The notes: generated by a model from the letters alone, not told the origin. A DNA stretch of 64,000 nt from Clostridia bacterium (GCA_017428525.1 JAFRQQ010000020.1:59535-123534), one strand, 5' to 3'; counted from the first letter of the stretch, positions 1-10,276 are shown. Numbers and translations: made by a program.

Positions 1-519
1 CTCGCCCATGCCGAACGAGAGCAGATCCGCCTGCGCGTCAAACAGGATCGAGCGCCGCACGGCGTCGTCCCAGTAATCATAATGCGCAAACCGGCGCAGC
101 GAAGCCTCCAGCCCGCCGATCACGATCGGGATATCGCCGTAGGCCTCGCGGATGCGGTTGCAGTAAACGATCACCGCGCGGTCGGGACGCAGACCCGTCC
201 TGCCGCCGGGCGAATAGGCGTCGACGCTGCGGCGCTTTTTTGCAACCGTATAATGCGCGACCATCGAATCAATGTTGCCGCTGCTGACCAGAAATCCGAG
301 GCGAGGTCTGCCGAAGCGCATGAAATCCGCCGTCGAACGCCAGTCGGGCTGCGGGAGCATCGCAATCCGGAAGCCCGCATCCTCAAGCACGCGCGAAATG
401 ATCGCCGCGCCGAAGCTGGGATGATCCACATAAGCGTCGCCGCAGACATAGACAAAATCCGCCTGCTGCCAGCCGCGCGCGGTCATATCCTCTTTTGATA
501 CGGGCAGAAAACCGTTCAT
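1..519 (-). CDS. YgiQ/UPF0313 family radical SAM protein, N-terminal part (runs off the window)
   Basis: Manual translation from ATG at 519: [62 protein letters not shown], the characteristic YgiQ N-terminus. Not in the ORF track because there is no stop in the window. Confidence 0.9.
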   Translation of the reverse strand, partial: MNGFLPVSKEDMTARGWQQADFVYVCGDAYVDHPSFGAAIISRVLEDAGFRIAMLPQPDWRSTADFMRFGRPRLGFLVSSGNIDSMVAHYTVAKKRRSVDAYSPGGRTGLRPDRAVIVYCNRIREAYGDIPIVIGGLEASLRRFAHYDYWDDAVRRSILFDAQADLLSFGMGE

Positions 520-527
520 GCTGTTCC

Positions 528-3254
528 TCAAAAATCGTCGCTGCCGGCATAATCGCCGTCATCGGCAAACACATCGTCAATGCTGACCGGCGCGAAATCT
601 TCGTCGTCCTCTTCTTCGTCAACGTCAGGCGGATCGGGAAGATCCGGCGCGCCGTCCACGTCGCCGCGCAGGGCCTGCATCTCATACCACTGCTGCCGCG
701 TCATGAGCACGGCGCGGGGCTTCGAGCCGTCCTGCGGGCCGATGACGCCCTTCTCCTCGAGCTGATCGATCACGCGGCGCGCGCGATTGTAGCCCAGACG
801 CAGACGCGTCTGCAGCATGGAGGTCGACGCCTGCCCGGCGGTGACAACCAGCTCCACCGCGTCATTGAGCACGGGATCCCAGCGGCTGTCCTCGTCCTCC
901 TCCTCGACCGCCTTCTTCTTGGCGCTTTCCGCGGCGGCGGCCTTGGTTTCGATCTCTTTCATCGTTTCTTCGTTATACTCCGCCTGCGACTGCGACTTGA
1001 TATGCTCCACAACGCGCGCCACTTCCTCCTCTGAGATAAAGCAGCCCTGCACGCGCGTGGCGTTTGAGGCGCCGACGGGGCTGAAGAGCATATCGCCGTT
1101 GCCGAGCAGCTGCTCCGCGCCGCCGGTATCCAGAATCGTGCGCGAATCCACCTGCGAGGACACCGAAAGCGCGATCCGGCTCGGGATATTGGCTTTAATA
1201 ATGCCTGTGATGACGTCCACGGAGGGGCGCTGCGTGGCAACCACAAGATGGATGCCCGCCGCGCGCGCGAGCTGTGCCAGACGGCAGATCGAATCCTCCA
1301 CTTCCTTGGGCGAGACCATCATCAGGTCGGACAGCTCGTCGATGAAAATGACGATCTGATGCATACGGTGCAGGTCGGGCCGCGTTTCCACGAGCTTATT
1401 GAAGCCCTTGATGTCGCGCACGCGATTCTCGGCAAAGAGCTGATAGCGTTTTTCCATCTCGCTCACTGCCCAGCCGAGCGCGCCGGCCGCCTTGCGCGGA
1501 TTGCTGACCACCGGCACCTCCAGATGCGCGATGCCGTTGTAGACCGTGAATTCGACCATTTTGGGGTCGATCATCAGGAGCTTGACTTCCTCGGGCGTCG
1601 CATTATAAAGAATGCTGACGATCATGGCGTTCAGGCAGACGGATTTTCCCGAGCCCGTGGTGCCGGCCACAAGCAGATGCGGCATTTTCGCAAGATCCGC
1701 GCAGATCGTGTTGCCGGTAATATCCTTGCCCAGCGCCACATTCAGCTTGCTTTTCGCGTTGCGGAACTGCTCTGTTTCGAGCACTTCGCGAATGGAAACC
1801 ATGGATTTCGCGCTGTTGGGCACCTCGATGCCGATCGCGGATTTGCCCGGAATCGGCGCCTCGATGCGCACGCTTTTGGCTGCCAGACGCAGCGCGATGT
1901 CCTTGGAAAGATTCGTGATTCTGTTGATGCGCACGCCGGCCTCCGGCACCAGCTCATAACGGGTGACGGCCGGGCCGCGCGTGATATTGACGATCTCGGA
2001 TTTGATCTTGAAGCTCTCGAGCGTGGCCAGCAGCTTCTGCGCGCCCATCTGCATCTCGGTCATATTGTCGCCGTCGAGCGTCTTCTCGATCCGGTTCAGG
2101 CAGTCGATCGGCGGGAACACATAAGCGGGCTGCGCTTCCGGCGGCGTCGCGCCGTCAAATTCCATCTGCTCCGTATTGTCCGCCGTAAAGGGCGACGCCG
2201 ACTGCTCCGACGGCTGCCGCTTTTTGCGCGGCTTTTGTTTCTTCTCCTCGCCGCTTTGCCCGTCCGGCTTTGCGTTCACCGTCGGCAGCGGCGGGATATC
2301 GGATTCCGCCGTATGTACGGGCGCGAAGGTGGATTCATCGGTGACAAACTGGTCGGAAAACGTCTGATCCGGCTTTGTGACCGTCGGCGTCGCGGGCGGG
2401 CCGAAGGTCTGCTTCTCCTTGACCTTGCCCGGTTTTTCCGATTCGGAAGCGGGCTCGGTCTGCTCGGTTTCGCCCTGCGCGGTTTCCTCCGCCGCGCGGC
2501 GGCGCTCGAAGCGGTCGTTTGTGATTTCCACCGCTTTCTGCACCGGCTTTGTCACCGCGCGGGAAAGGCTGCGCAGCGTGGTGCCGGTCAGCAGCATCAA
2601 GAGCATCAAAAGCAGCACGATAATGATGATCGAGCCGCCGGTTTTGCCGAAGATATGCGCGATCAGGCCGCCGACCACAGCGCCGACGACGCCGCCGCTC
2701 GCAAGGGACTCCGCGGTCCAGGCGTCGCTGATCTGCGTGACAAGCGAAAGATCCGTCAGATACGGCGCCTCATTCGCGAAAACATGAATCGCACTGCAAA
2801 GCAGGGTCAGAAAGCCGCTCATGCCGACCAGATTGCCGGCGACGCTGCCGAGCGGTTTTTCCCGCGCGTAGACGACGGCAAGATAGATCAGCACCACCGG
2901 GATGATATAAGCGCAGAAGCCGAAGATCCCGAAGACGGCCTGATGCATCACAAACCAGAAGCTCTCGCCTTTGATAAAAGCAAGGCAAACGGAGAGCACC
3001 GCCGCTGCGCCGAGCACGATCGCGAGCTTCTGACGGCCGGCCGCGATTGCCTCCGGCGTCTTTTCGACCGGTGCGGGCGTCTGCGCCTGCGCGGCTTTTT
3101 CCGACGTCGGCTTTTTCGGCATCGCAGGCTGCTTTCTCTCCGGCTGCTTCTTATCCGGCTGTTTTTTGGCCGTCTGCTTGTTTGCAGTCGATTTCGACGC
3201 AGGCTGTTTCTTATTCTGCGCCGTTTTTTTATTGTTCGATTGGTTGTTCGCCAT
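528..3254 (-). CDS. ftsK: DNA translocase FtsK/SpoIIIE
   Basis: N-terminal TM segments, Walker [30 protein letters not shown]-terminal gamma domain ([19 protein letters not shown]). Confidence 0.95.
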   Translation of the reverse strand: MANNQSNNKKTAQNKKQPASKSTANKQTAKKQPDKKQPERKQPAMPKKPTSEKAAQAQTPAPVEKTPEAIAAGRQKLAIVLGAAAVLSVCLAFIKGESFWFVMHQAVFGIFGFCAYIIPVVLIYLAVVYAREKPLGSVAGNLVGMSGFLTLLCSAIHVFANEAPYLTDLSLVTQISDAWTAESLASGGVVGAVVGGLIAHIFGKTGGSIIIIVLLLMLLMLLTGTTLRSLSRAVTKPVQKAVEITNDRFERRRAAEETAQGETEQTEPASESEKPGKVKEKQTFGPPATPTVTKPDQTFSDQFVTDESTFAPVHTAESDIPPLPTVNAKPDGQSGEEKKQKPRKKRQPSEQSASPFTADNTEQMEFDGATPPEAQPAYVFPPIDCLNRIEKTLDGDNMTEMQMGAQKLLATLESFKIKSEIVNITRGPAVTRYELVPEAGVRINRITNLSKDIALRLAAKSVRIEAPIPGKSAIGIEVPNSAKSMVSIREVLETEQFRNAKSKLNVALGKDITGNTICADLAKMPHLLVAGTTGSGKSVCLNAMIVSILYNATPEEVKLLMIDPKMVEFTVYNGIAHLEVPVVSNPRKAAGALGWAVSEMEKRYQLFAENRVRDIKGFNKLVETRPDLHRMHQIVIFIDELSDLMMVSPKEVEDSICRLAQLARAAGIHLVVATQRPSVDVITGIIKANIPSRIALSVSSQVDSRTILDTGGAEQLLGNGDMLFSPVGASNATRVQGCFISEEEVARVVEHIKSQSQAEYNEETMKEIETKAAAAESAKKKAVEEEDEDSRWDPVLNDAVELVVTAGQASTSMLQTRLRLGYNRARRVIDQLEEKGVIGPQDGSKPRAVLMTRQQWYEMQALRGDVDGAPDLPDPPDVDEEEDDEDFAPVSIDDVFADDGDYAGSDDF

Positions 3255-3972
3255 GCTGTTCCAACTTCCTTTTATTGATCAGATCCTTCAGATCATGCAA
3301 TGCATCCGACAGGCTGCCGACCGCGTCGATCAGCCCTTCTCTTACTGCCGCTTCTCCGCGCAGCACCGTGCCCGCGTCCGCCGCCAGCTCGCCGGTGGCA
3401 AGCATCATCGCGCGGAAGCGGTCGCCCGGCATCGAGGAATTCGCGGCGACAAAGCTGACGATCCGTTCCTGCGTGTGCTCAAAATACGCCATCGTCTGCG
3501 GCACGCCGAGCACCAGCCCGTTCATGCGCACGGGATGGATCGTCATCGTCGCCGTCGGCACGATGAACGACCGGTCCGCGGCGATTGCCAGCGGCACGCC
3601 GATCGAATGGCCGCCGCCGAGCACGAGCGACACGGTCGGCGTTTCCATGCCGGCGATCAGCTCCGCAATGGCAAGGCCCGCCTCGATATCGCCGCCGACG
3701 GTGTTGAGAATCAGCAGCAGGCCGTCCACCCGGTCGCTCTCCTCCACAGCCACAAGCTGCGGAATCACATGCTCGTATTTTGTGGTCTTGGTCTGCGCCG
3801 GCAGCGCATAGTGCCCCTCGATCTGCCCGATGATCGTCAGACAATGGAGCACAGTTCCCTGCGTTCGGACGGTAACTGCGCCGTCATTGAGCACGGGGTC
3901 CCGCGCCTCCTGCGCCGCATCGTCCGCGCCGGACTCCGGAACGGTAATCAAAAAATCATGCAGTTCCCGCAT
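3229..3972 (-). CDS. tepA: ClpP-like protease TepA (translocation-enhancing protein)
   Basis: ClpP motifs NTVGGDIEAG, GGGHSIG, TIHPVR; lies upstream of spoIIIE as in Bacillus. Start moved to ATG 3972, behind an AAGGGTGA RBS. Confidence 0.85.
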   Translation of the reverse strand: MRELHDFLITVPESGADDAAQEARDPVLNDGAVTVRTQGTVLHCLTIIGQIEGHYALPAQTKTTKYEHVIPQLVAVEESDRVDGLLLILNTVGGDIEAGLAIAELIAGMETPTVSLVLGGGHSIGVPLAIAADRSFIVPTATMTIHPVRMNGLVLGVPQTMAYFEHTQERIVSFVAANSSMPGDRFRAMMLATGELAADAGTVLRGEAAVREGLIDAVGSLSDALHDLKDLINKRKLEQHGEQPIEQ

Positions 3973-4055
3973 ACGCGCTTTCACCCTTTCAGCCGATCTT
4001 CTGCACTTACAGTATGACCGATTCCGAGCGAAAAACACGCGCATATATTTAAAAT

Positions 4056-4084
4056 ATTATATCATTATTAATAGAAATTTGCAA
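4056..4084 (-). promoter_or_regulatory. sigmaA-type promoter for tepA-ftsK
   Basis: Minus strand TTGCAA-N17-TATAAT. Confidence 0.6.
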
Positions 4085-4142
4085 CAGTTTTATTGAAAGT
4101 ATTCAGAGAAAGAAATCCTATGAAATTCTCCCCGCGTTTGAC

Positions 4143-4171
4143 TTGATTCCGGCGCGGCTTTGTGCTATAGT
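4143..4171 (+). promoter_or_regulatory. sigmaA-type promoter for the sirtuin gene
   Basis: TTGATT-N17-TATAGT with an extended -10 TG. Confidence 0.55.
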
Positions 4172-4204
4172 CAGAAGGAAAGAAACATGCAAGGAGGCGG
4201 CAGT

Positions 4205-4942
4205 ATGAAAGCAGAAATCCAAAAACTGTCCGACTGGATCAACAGCAGCGAACGGATCGTCTTTTTCGGCGGCGCGGGCGTTTCCACAGAAAGCGGCATT
4301 CCGGATTTCCGGTCGGCCGACGGCTTATACATGATGGACTATCACTACCCGCCCGAGCAGGTCATCAGCCACAGCTTTTTCCTCTCGCATCCGGAGGAAT
4401 TCTACACGTTTTACCGCAAGTTTCTCTGCTTCCCCGACGTGCAGCCGAACGCGGCGCATCTGCAGCTGGCAGCACTCGAGCAGGCGGGGCGCTTAAAGGC
4501 GATCGTGACGCAGAATATCGACGGTCTGCACACAAAAGCCGGCAGCCGCACGGTCTATGAGCTGCACGGCAGCGTCCACCGCAATTACTGCATGAAATGC
4601 GGCAGGTTCTATGATTTTGAAGCCGTTTACGAATCCGACGGCATTCCGCGCTGCGCCTGCGGCGGCATGATCAAACCCGACGTCGTGCTCTATGAAGAGC
4701 CGCTCGACGGCGAAACGATCTCGAACGCCGTGGACGCCATCGCACAGGCGGATCTGCTGATCGTCGCCGGCACATCGCTGACGGTTTACCCCGCCGCCGG
4801 CTTCCTGCAGTATTTCCGCGGCGATCGGCTGGTGATCATCAACCGCGACGCCACGCACATGGACGGACAGGCGGATCTGGTGCTGCATGACAAGGTCGGC
4901 GAAGTCCTGCGTCAGATCGAAATCCGCCCCGTCGGCGTCTGA
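4205..4942 (+). CDS. cobB: NAD-dependent protein deacylase (Sir2/CobB family)
   Basis: GAGVSTESGIPDFRS, TQNIDGLH, ELHGS, CxxC/CxC zinc sites, GTSLTVYPAA; AGGAGG RBS before ATG 4205. Confidence 0.93.
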   Translation: MKAEIQKLSDWINSSERIVFFGGAGVSTESGIPDFRSADGLYMMDYHYPPEQVISHSFFLSHPEEFYTFYRKFLCFPDVQPNAAHLQLAALEQAGRLKAIVTQNIDGLHTKAGSRTVYELHGSVHRNYCMKCGRFYDFEAVYESDGIPRCACGGMIKPDVVLYEEPLDGETISNAVDAIAQADLLIVAGTSLTVYPAAGFLQYFRGDRLVIINRDATHMDGQADLVLHDKVGEVLRQIEIRPVGV

Positions 4943-4987
4943 TCGGACATTATTTTATAAGATTATTCATTTTATCCGAAAAATATA

Positions 4988-5016
4988 TTGTTTTCTTCCA
5001 AATACTGTAGTATAAT
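4988..5016 (+). promoter_or_regulatory. sigmaA-type promoter for the FAD oxidoreductase trio
   Basis: TTGTTT-N17-TATAAT. Confidence 0.55.
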
Positions 5017-5083
5017 AAAGTTTGAACCGTCGGCAGGGTCTGAACTGTGCGCCGACGAAAACCATACAAGCGGAGGTTTTTCG

Positions 5084-6520
5084 ATGATTTATGACGTTGC
5101 CGTTATCGGCGCGGGCGTCAGCGGCGCAATGATTGCCAGCGAGCTGAGCCACTACGACATGAAAGTGGCGCTCGTTGAACGATGCAACGACGTAGCCATG
5201 GGAACGTCCAAGGCAAACAGCGCCATCGTGCATGCCGGCTTCGACGCGATTCCCGGCACCAGCAAGGCGAAATTCAACGTGGAAGGCACGGCGATGATTG
5301 CGGCAACCTGCGAAAGGCTGCACGTGCCCTTCAAGCCGATCGGTTCTCTGGTAATTGCCTTCACGCAAGAGGAAATCGATACGCTCGAGGAGCTGCGTGC
5401 GCGCGGCGTCGAAAACGGCGTGCCCGGCCTGGAAATCCTTGATCAGGCAAAACTGCGGGCCGCAGAGCCCTTCATCAACGAGCAGGCGCTCGCGGCGCTG
5501 TATGCGCCCTCGGCCGGCATCGTCTGCCCTTACGAGCTGACGATTGCCGCGGCAGAGAACGCCGTGATCAACGGCACAGAGCTGCTGCGCAATTTCTGCG
5601 TTGACAAAATTGAATTTGCAGACGGCGTATTCACCGTTTCGGCCGGTGCACAGTCCCTTCAGGCGCGCTATATCGTCAACGCCGCCGGCGTGTTCTGCGA
5701 CACGGTGGCCGAGATGATCGGCGACACGAGCATTCCCGTCACGCCGCGCAAGGGCGAATACATGCTCTATGATAAGACTGTCGGCCATCTGGCCAAGCAC
5801 GTGATTTTCCAGTGCCCCAACCCGATGGGCAAGGGCGTTCTGGTCACGCCGACCGTGGACGGCAACCTGCTGGTCGGCCCGACCGCGACCGATCTGCCGC
5901 ACGACGAAAAGACCAACGTCGCCACCACGGCGCCGATGCTTTCCAAGGTGATTTCCACCGCACAGAAATCCGTGCCCTGCCTGACCACGCGTGAGGTGAT
6001 CACCTCCTTCGCCGGTCTGCGCGCGCATCTGGAATGCGACGATTTCATCATCGGCCCGAGCGAGAAGAACGCGCAGTTCATCAACGTTGCCGGCATCGAA
6101 TCCCCCGGTCTTTCCGCTTCGCCCGCAATCGCGGTTTATGTAAAGGATTTGCTCGTTGAAAAGCTCGACAAAGCAAAGAAAGCGGCGTTTGAGCCCGGCC
6201 GTAAAGCGCCGGTCCGCTTCCGCCATCTGAGCCAGGAAGAACGCAGATCGCTCATCGCGAAGGATCCGGCCTACGGACGCATCATCTGCCGCTGCGAGAC
6301 CGTGACCGAGGGCGAAATCCGCGACGCCATTCTCGCGCCTGCCGGCGCACGCGATGTGGACGGCGTCAAGCGCCGCACCCGCGCGGGCATGGGGCGCTGT
6401 CAGGGCGGCTTCTGCGGCTCGAAGGTCGTGGAGCTGCTGTCCGAGCTGTGTGACAAGGAGCTGAATGAGATCACCAAATTCGGTGAAGGCTCCGAGATCC
6501 TCTATGAGAGAACAAAATAA
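5084..6520 (+). CDS. FAD-dependent oxidoreductase with C-terminal BFD-like [2Fe-2S] domain (anaerobic glycerol-3-phosphate dehydrogenase/LhgO-like)
   Basis: DVAVIGAGVSG, GTSKANSAIVHAG, GIESPGLSASPAIA, ICRCETVTEGEI and RAGMGRCQGGFC; GGAGG RBS. Confidence 0.85.
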   Translation: MIYDVAVIGAGVSGAMIASELSHYDMKVALVERCNDVAMGTSKANSAIVHAGFDAIPGTSKAKFNVEGTAMIAATCERLHVPFKPIGSLVIAFTQEEIDTLEELRARGVENGVPGLEILDQAKLRAAEPFINEQALAALYAPSAGIVCPYELTIAAAENAVINGTELLRNFCVDKIEFADGVFTVSAGAQSLQARYIVNAAGVFCDTVAEMIGDTSIPVTPRKGEYMLYDKTVGHLAKHVIFQCPNPMGKGVLVTPTVDGNLLVGPTATDLPHDEKTNVATTAPMLSKVISTAQKSVPCLTTREVITSFAGLRAHLECDDFIIGPSEKNAQFINVAGIESPGLSASPAIAVYVKDLLVEKLDKAKKAAFEPGRKAPVRFRHLSQEERRSLIAKDPAYGRIICRCETVTEGEIRDAILAPAGARDVDGVKRRTRAGMGRCQGGFCGSKVVELLSELCDKELNEITKFGEGSEILYERTK

Positions 6521-6533
6521 GGAGGGGTACGAC

Positions 6534-7787
6534 ATGCTGAATTATGATATCGTTGTCATCGGCGGCGGCCCCGCCGGTATGGCTGCGGCGCTGAAAGCAA
6601 AGGAATGCGGCGTTGACAGCATTCTGATCCTCGAGCGTGCGGAATCGCTCGGCGGCATTCTCGAGCAGTGCATTCACACCGGCTTCGGCCTGCACTACTT
6701 CGGCGAAGAGCTCTCCGGCCCGGAATACGCCGATCGCTTCATCAAGCTCGTGCATGAGCAGAAAATCGAATACAAGGTCGACACCATGGCGCTCGAAATC
6801 ACGGATACCAACGTGGTCTATGCCATCAACAAGACCGACGGTCTGCTGGAAATCCAGGCAAAGGCCGTGATCCTTGCCATGGGCTGCCGTGAACGTCCGC
6901 GCGGCGCTTTGAATATCGCTGGCACGCGCGCTTCCGGCGTCATGAGCGCCGGCACGGCACAGAAATATGTCAACATCGACGGCTATATGCCCGGCAAAAA
7001 AGTCGTCATCCTCGGCTCGGGCGACATCGGCCTGATCATGGCGCGCCGCATGACCCTCGAAGGCGCCGAGGTCAAGATCGTCTGCGAGCTCATGCCCTAT
7101 TCCAGCGGTCTGACGCGCAATATCGTGCAGTGTCTGGATGATTTCGGCATTCCGCTTCGCCTGAGCTGCACCGTGATCGATATCCACGGCGAAGGCCGCG
7201 TGGAAGGCGTGACGATCGCCGACGTGGATGAAAACCGCCGTCCGATCCCCGGCACCGAGCAGTATATTGAATGCGATACGCTCCTGCTTTCCGTGGGTCT
7301 GATTCCCGAGAATGAGCTCACGCGCGCGGTCGGCATTGATCTGGATCCCGTCACGAGCGGCGCGATCGTCGATGAATACCGCGAAACCTCGCATCCCGGT
7401 GTGTTTGCCTGCGGCAACGTGCTGCATGTGCACGACCTGGTCGACTATGTGACGCTTGAGAGCCAGACGGCCGGCGAAGGCGCGGCGAACTATGTGCTCG
7501 GCAAAAAAGCCGAGGCCGCTTACATCGCGACCAAGGGCGTCAACGGCGTGCGCTACATCGTGCCGCAGAAGGTCAATCTCAACAACGGCAACGACGTGAA
7601 GCTCTATTTCCGCGTCGGCCAGACTTATAAAAATGCCGCGATCAGCGTGAAATACAACGGCGAAGAGATCCTGCGCCGCAAGCGTCCGCGTCTTGCGCCG
7701 GGCGAGATGGAAAACGTGATCCTCAAGAAAGAGATGCTTGAAAAGTTTGAAGCCGACGGTTTGATTGAAATCGGCGTGGAGGTGTGA
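6534..7787 (+). CDS. NAD(P)/FAD-dependent oxidoreductase (pyridine nucleotide-disulfide family)
   Basis: VVIGGGPAG, LGGILEQCIHTGFG, AMGCRERPRG, ILGSGDIGLIMARR, FACGNVLHVHDLVD. Confidence 0.88.
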   Translation: MLNYDIVVIGGGPAGMAAALKAKECGVDSILILERAESLGGILEQCIHTGFGLHYFGEELSGPEYADRFIKLVHEQKIEYKVDTMALEITDTNVVYAINKTDGLLEIQAKAVILAMGCRERPRGALNIAGTRASGVMSAGTAQKYVNIDGYMPGKKVVILGSGDIGLIMARRMTLEGAEVKIVCELMPYSSGLTRNIVQCLDDFGIPLRLSCTVIDIHGEGRVEGVTIADVDENRRPIPGTEQYIECDTLLLSVGLIPENELTRAVGIDLDPVTSGAIVDEYRETSHPGVFACGNVLHVHDLVDYVTLESQTAGEGAANYVLGKKAEAAYIATKGVNGVRYIVPQKVNLNNGNDVKLYFRVGQTYKNAAISVKYNGEEILRRKRPRLAPGEMENVILKKEMLEKFEADGLIEIGVEV

Positions 7788-7790
7788 GCA

Positions 7791-8156
7791 ATGCAAAAGA
7801 ACATCATTTGCGTCGCCTGCCCGATGGGCTGCGGCATTACCGTTGAGCTTTCCGACAGCGGCGAGATCCTGTCCGTGACCGGCAACACCTGCAAGCGCGG
7901 CGACGCCTACGCCCGCACGGAATGCACCAATCCCGTGCGCTCGCTCGCAACAACCGTTCGCGTCACCGGCGGCGTGCACAATGTGGTCCCATGCAAATCC
8001 GCGGGCGCGCTGCCCAAGGGCAAAATCATGGACTGCATGGCGGTCATCAACGCCGTGGATATTCAGGCGCCGGTCGCCCTGGGCGATGTGCTGATTCCGG
8101 ATATCCTCGGCACCGGCATCGACATTGTGGCCACCAATCACTGCCCCGCAAAATAA
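7791..8156 (+). CDS. DUF1667 family small Cys-rich protein
   Basis: IICVACPMGC..VTGNTCKRG; typical third gene of this oxidoreductase trio. Confidence 0.8.
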   Translation: MQKNIICVACPMGCGITVELSDSGEILSVTGNTCKRGDAYARTECTNPVRSLATTVRVTGGVHNVVPCKSAGALPKGKIMDCMAVINAVDIQAPVALGDVLIPDILGTGIDIVATNHCPAK

Positions 8157-8170
8157 AGAATCTTGTATGA

Positions 8171-8206
8171 AAAGCGGCGCGGCTCCGAGCAATCGGAGCC
8201 GCGCCG
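8171..8206 (-). terminator. Rho-independent terminator between convergent genes
   Basis: Perfect 14-bp stem cggcgcggctccga-gcaa-tcggagccgcgccg with a U-tract on the minus strand. Confidence 0.8.
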
Positions 8207-8225
8207 TTCAGTCATATGCATGCAT

Positions 8226-8753
8226 TTAAAAATCCATCAGCTTTGCCCTGCGGAATGCGATCACGACCGCGGGCACGATCACGATATGCAGAATGATGCC
8301 GGGGATCGCATTCGTCAGCGCGCCGGCCAGAAACGCCTGCATGCCGAACGAGGAGCCACTCAGGCCCGCCATGATGTAGCGCGCCGCGCCCCAGACCAGC
8401 CGCCCGCCGATCATCGCAATGAACAGCGTCGGATAAATGTAGCCGTCCTTTCTGGGAAACACGCGATAAAACACACCGGTGAGCAGACCGTAGGTCGCAA
8501 GCTCGAACGCCATCGCAGCAGCCGCCGGATACATCACGGGCATGCCGAAGATCAGACTGCGCAGCAGCGGCGCAATCGCGCCCACAAGCAAACCGTAGGG
8601 CCAGCCGCAGACAAACCCGCACAGCAGCACGGGCACATGCATCGGGCATAGCATCTGCCCGACCTCCGGGATGTTGCCGGTGATCATCGGCAGCACCATG
8701 CAAAGCGCAAGGAACATGCCGGCAAAGGCGGTGTTTTTCACGGTTTTTTTCAT
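8226..8753 (-). CDS. ECF transporter S component (substrate unknown)
   Basis: About 175 aa, about 6 TM helices, LCPMHVPVLLCG..G.PYG pattern typical of clostridial S components. Confidence 0.8.
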   Translation of the reverse strand: MKKTVKNTAFAGMFLALCMVLPMITGNIPEVGQMLCPMHVPVLLCGFVCGWPYGLLVGAIAPLLRSLIFGMPVMYPAAAAMAFELATYGLLTGVFYRVFPRKDGYIYPTLFIAMIGGRLVWGAARYIMAGLSGSSFGMQAFLAGALTNAIPGIILHIVIVPAVVIAFRRAKLMDF

Positions 8754-9175
8754 GGCTTCCTCCCGTCCGTCTGCGACATGCGCACAAGCATCTCAACGAC
8801 GTCGTCGAGCATTTCATTGATCGTCGCGTCGCGCAGGCCGGCGATAAACGTGTCGCATTTATTCACCGGCAGCAGAATGCGCGCGGCCTCGCTCGCACCG
8901 ACGGCGGCTGCCATGGCCGGCGTGATTTCCCCGAGCAGCGCGTCGGCAATCACGATGCCGACCGGACCGACGATCACGTCTGCACGGCGGCAGGCAACGA
9001 TCAGCGCGTTTTCGCCGGTCGCCGCATGCGTTGCGCCGCCTTTATGCATGGTTGCGGTCGCAGTGCTGTTGGTTCCGACCGCGGTCAGCTCCGCCTGCGG
9101 CAGCGCGGAACGGATCCGCTCCGTCAGCTGTTTGCCGAGCTTGCCGCCCTGCCCGTCAACCACTACAATCCTCAT
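8750..9175 (-). CDS. DUF3842 family protein
   Basis: MRIVVVDGQGGKLG..AVGTNSTAT..GATGENA..GEITPAMA.A; 4-bp overlap with the downstream gene. Confidence 0.8.
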   Translation of the reverse strand: MRIVVVDGQGGKLGKQLTERIRSALPQAELTAVGTNSTATATMHKGGATHAATGENALIVACRRADVIVGPVGIVIADALLGEITPAMAAAVGASEAARILLPVNKCDTFIAGLRDATINEMLDDVVEMLVRMSQTDGRKP

Positions 9176-9208
9176 GATTTCTTCCTTCCCGGGCGTCAAA
9201 CACCCCGA

Positions 9209-9286
9209 TCACTTCATTCGAAACAGGAGTTTCAGAATCCCGCGCAGCGCTTTCGGACTGCGCACGACAACGACCTTCACACGCAT
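9209..9286 (-). CDS. spoVM: Stage V sporulation protein SpoVM (25 aa), missed by the ORF track
   Basis: GAGGGGAG RBS, then ATG..TGA encoding MRVKVVVVRSPKALRGILKLLFRMK. Aligns with B. subtilis SpoVM (KFYTIKLPKFLGGIVRAML), keeps the key Pro, and is syntenic downstream of rsgA. Confidence 0.85.
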   Translation of the reverse strand: MRVKVVVVRSPKALRGILKLLFRMK

Positions 9287-9332
9287 CGCTCCCCTCGCAG
9301 AATCTGCGGCGGACGCGTCTCCGCCTGCTATC

Positions 9333-9362
9333 AGTATAAGCGGAAAAACGCGGATGCGTGAC
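9333..9362 (-). promoter_or_regulatory. Candidate sigmaE-type promoter for spoVM
   Basis: Minus strand GTCACGCA-N14-CTTATACT resembles the sigmaE consensus; spoVM is sigmaE-controlled in B. subtilis. Confidence 0.4.
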
Positions 9363-9365
9363 AAG

Positions 9366-10271
9366 TTATTTCGCGCCGGGTCTGCGCGTTTTGATCTCCC
9401 AATCCTTGATCTGCTTCGCCTGCTCCATCAGAGTGCGATAGCTCTCATGCCGGCTGCGTGGAATCTCCCCCGCCTCCACCGCCGCGAGAATGCCGCAGCC
9501 CTTTTCTTTTTCGTGCAGGCAGGTGGTGAATTTGCAGCTGCCGAGATAGGGCGCAAATTCGGGGAAGCAAAGCGGCAGCTCTTCCTTGCGGATGACCTCG
9601 TCCGTTTCCTGCTCCAAAGAGGAAAAGCCGGGCGTATCCGCCACATAGCCTCCCGCGACCGGATAAAGCTCGCTGTGGCGCGTGGTATGCTTGCCGCGCC
9701 CGAGCTTTTCGCTGATCGCGGCGGTTTTCAGCTGCAAAGACGGATCGATCGCGTTGAGCAGCGTCGATTTGCCGACGCCGGAATTGCCGCAGAATGCGCT
9801 GATGCAGCCCTGCAGCGCCTGCTGCACGTCGGCAACGCCTTCGCCGGTTTCGGACGAGACGGCAAACGCCGGAAATCCGGCCTGCCGGTAACAATCCAGC
9901 AGCGCCTGCGCCGGGCGCAGATCCCACTTTGTGAACACAATCGACGGCGCAATCCCCTTCTGCACGGCGATCGCCGTCAGCCGGTCGATCACGAGCGGCA
10001 CGGGATTCGGCTCGCAGGTGGACACGACGATGAACAGCCGGTCGATATTGGCCACCGGCGGGCGGGCCAGCACGTTTTTGCGCGGGAGGATCGCCTCGAT
10101 CGTATTCTCCGCCTGCGTCTGCAGCGTCACGCGCACCAGGTCCCCTGCGAGCGGCTTTAAGCCGTCCTTGCGGAAAATCCCGCGCGCCTTGCATTCATAG
10201 ACCGCACCGGCGACCTCTACATAATAGAAGCCGCCGATGCCCTTTAAAATTCTGCCTTCAGCCTGTGTCAT
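9366..10271 (-). CDS. rsgA: Ribosome small subunit-dependent GTPase A
   Basis: RPPVANID, GNSGVGKST, GKHTTR, DTPGFS, C-terminal CKF..C.H..E.GC zinc motif. Confidence 0.96.
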   Translation of the reverse strand: MTQAEGRILKGIGGFYYVEVAGAVYECKARGIFRKDGLKPLAGDLVRVTLQTQAENTIEAILPRKNVLARPPVANIDRLFIVVSTCEPNPVPLVIDRLTAIAVQKGIAPSIVFTKWDLRPAQALLDCYRQAGFPAFAVSSETGEGVADVQQALQGCISAFCGNSGVGKSTLLNAIDPSLQLKTAAISEKLGRGKHTTRHSELYPVAGGYVADTPGFSSLEQETDEVIRKEELPLCFPEFAPYLGSCKFTTCLHEKEKGCGILAAVEAGEIPRSRHESYRTLMEQAKQIKDWEIKTRRPGAK

Positions 10272-10276
10272 GCGGA

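Noticed and set aside
5025-5065. 5' UTR hairpin (cgtcggc..gccgacg) as a GlpP-type attenuator
   Set aside because: It has a short stem and no U-tract, and no glpP is nearby; more likely a stabilising hairpin.
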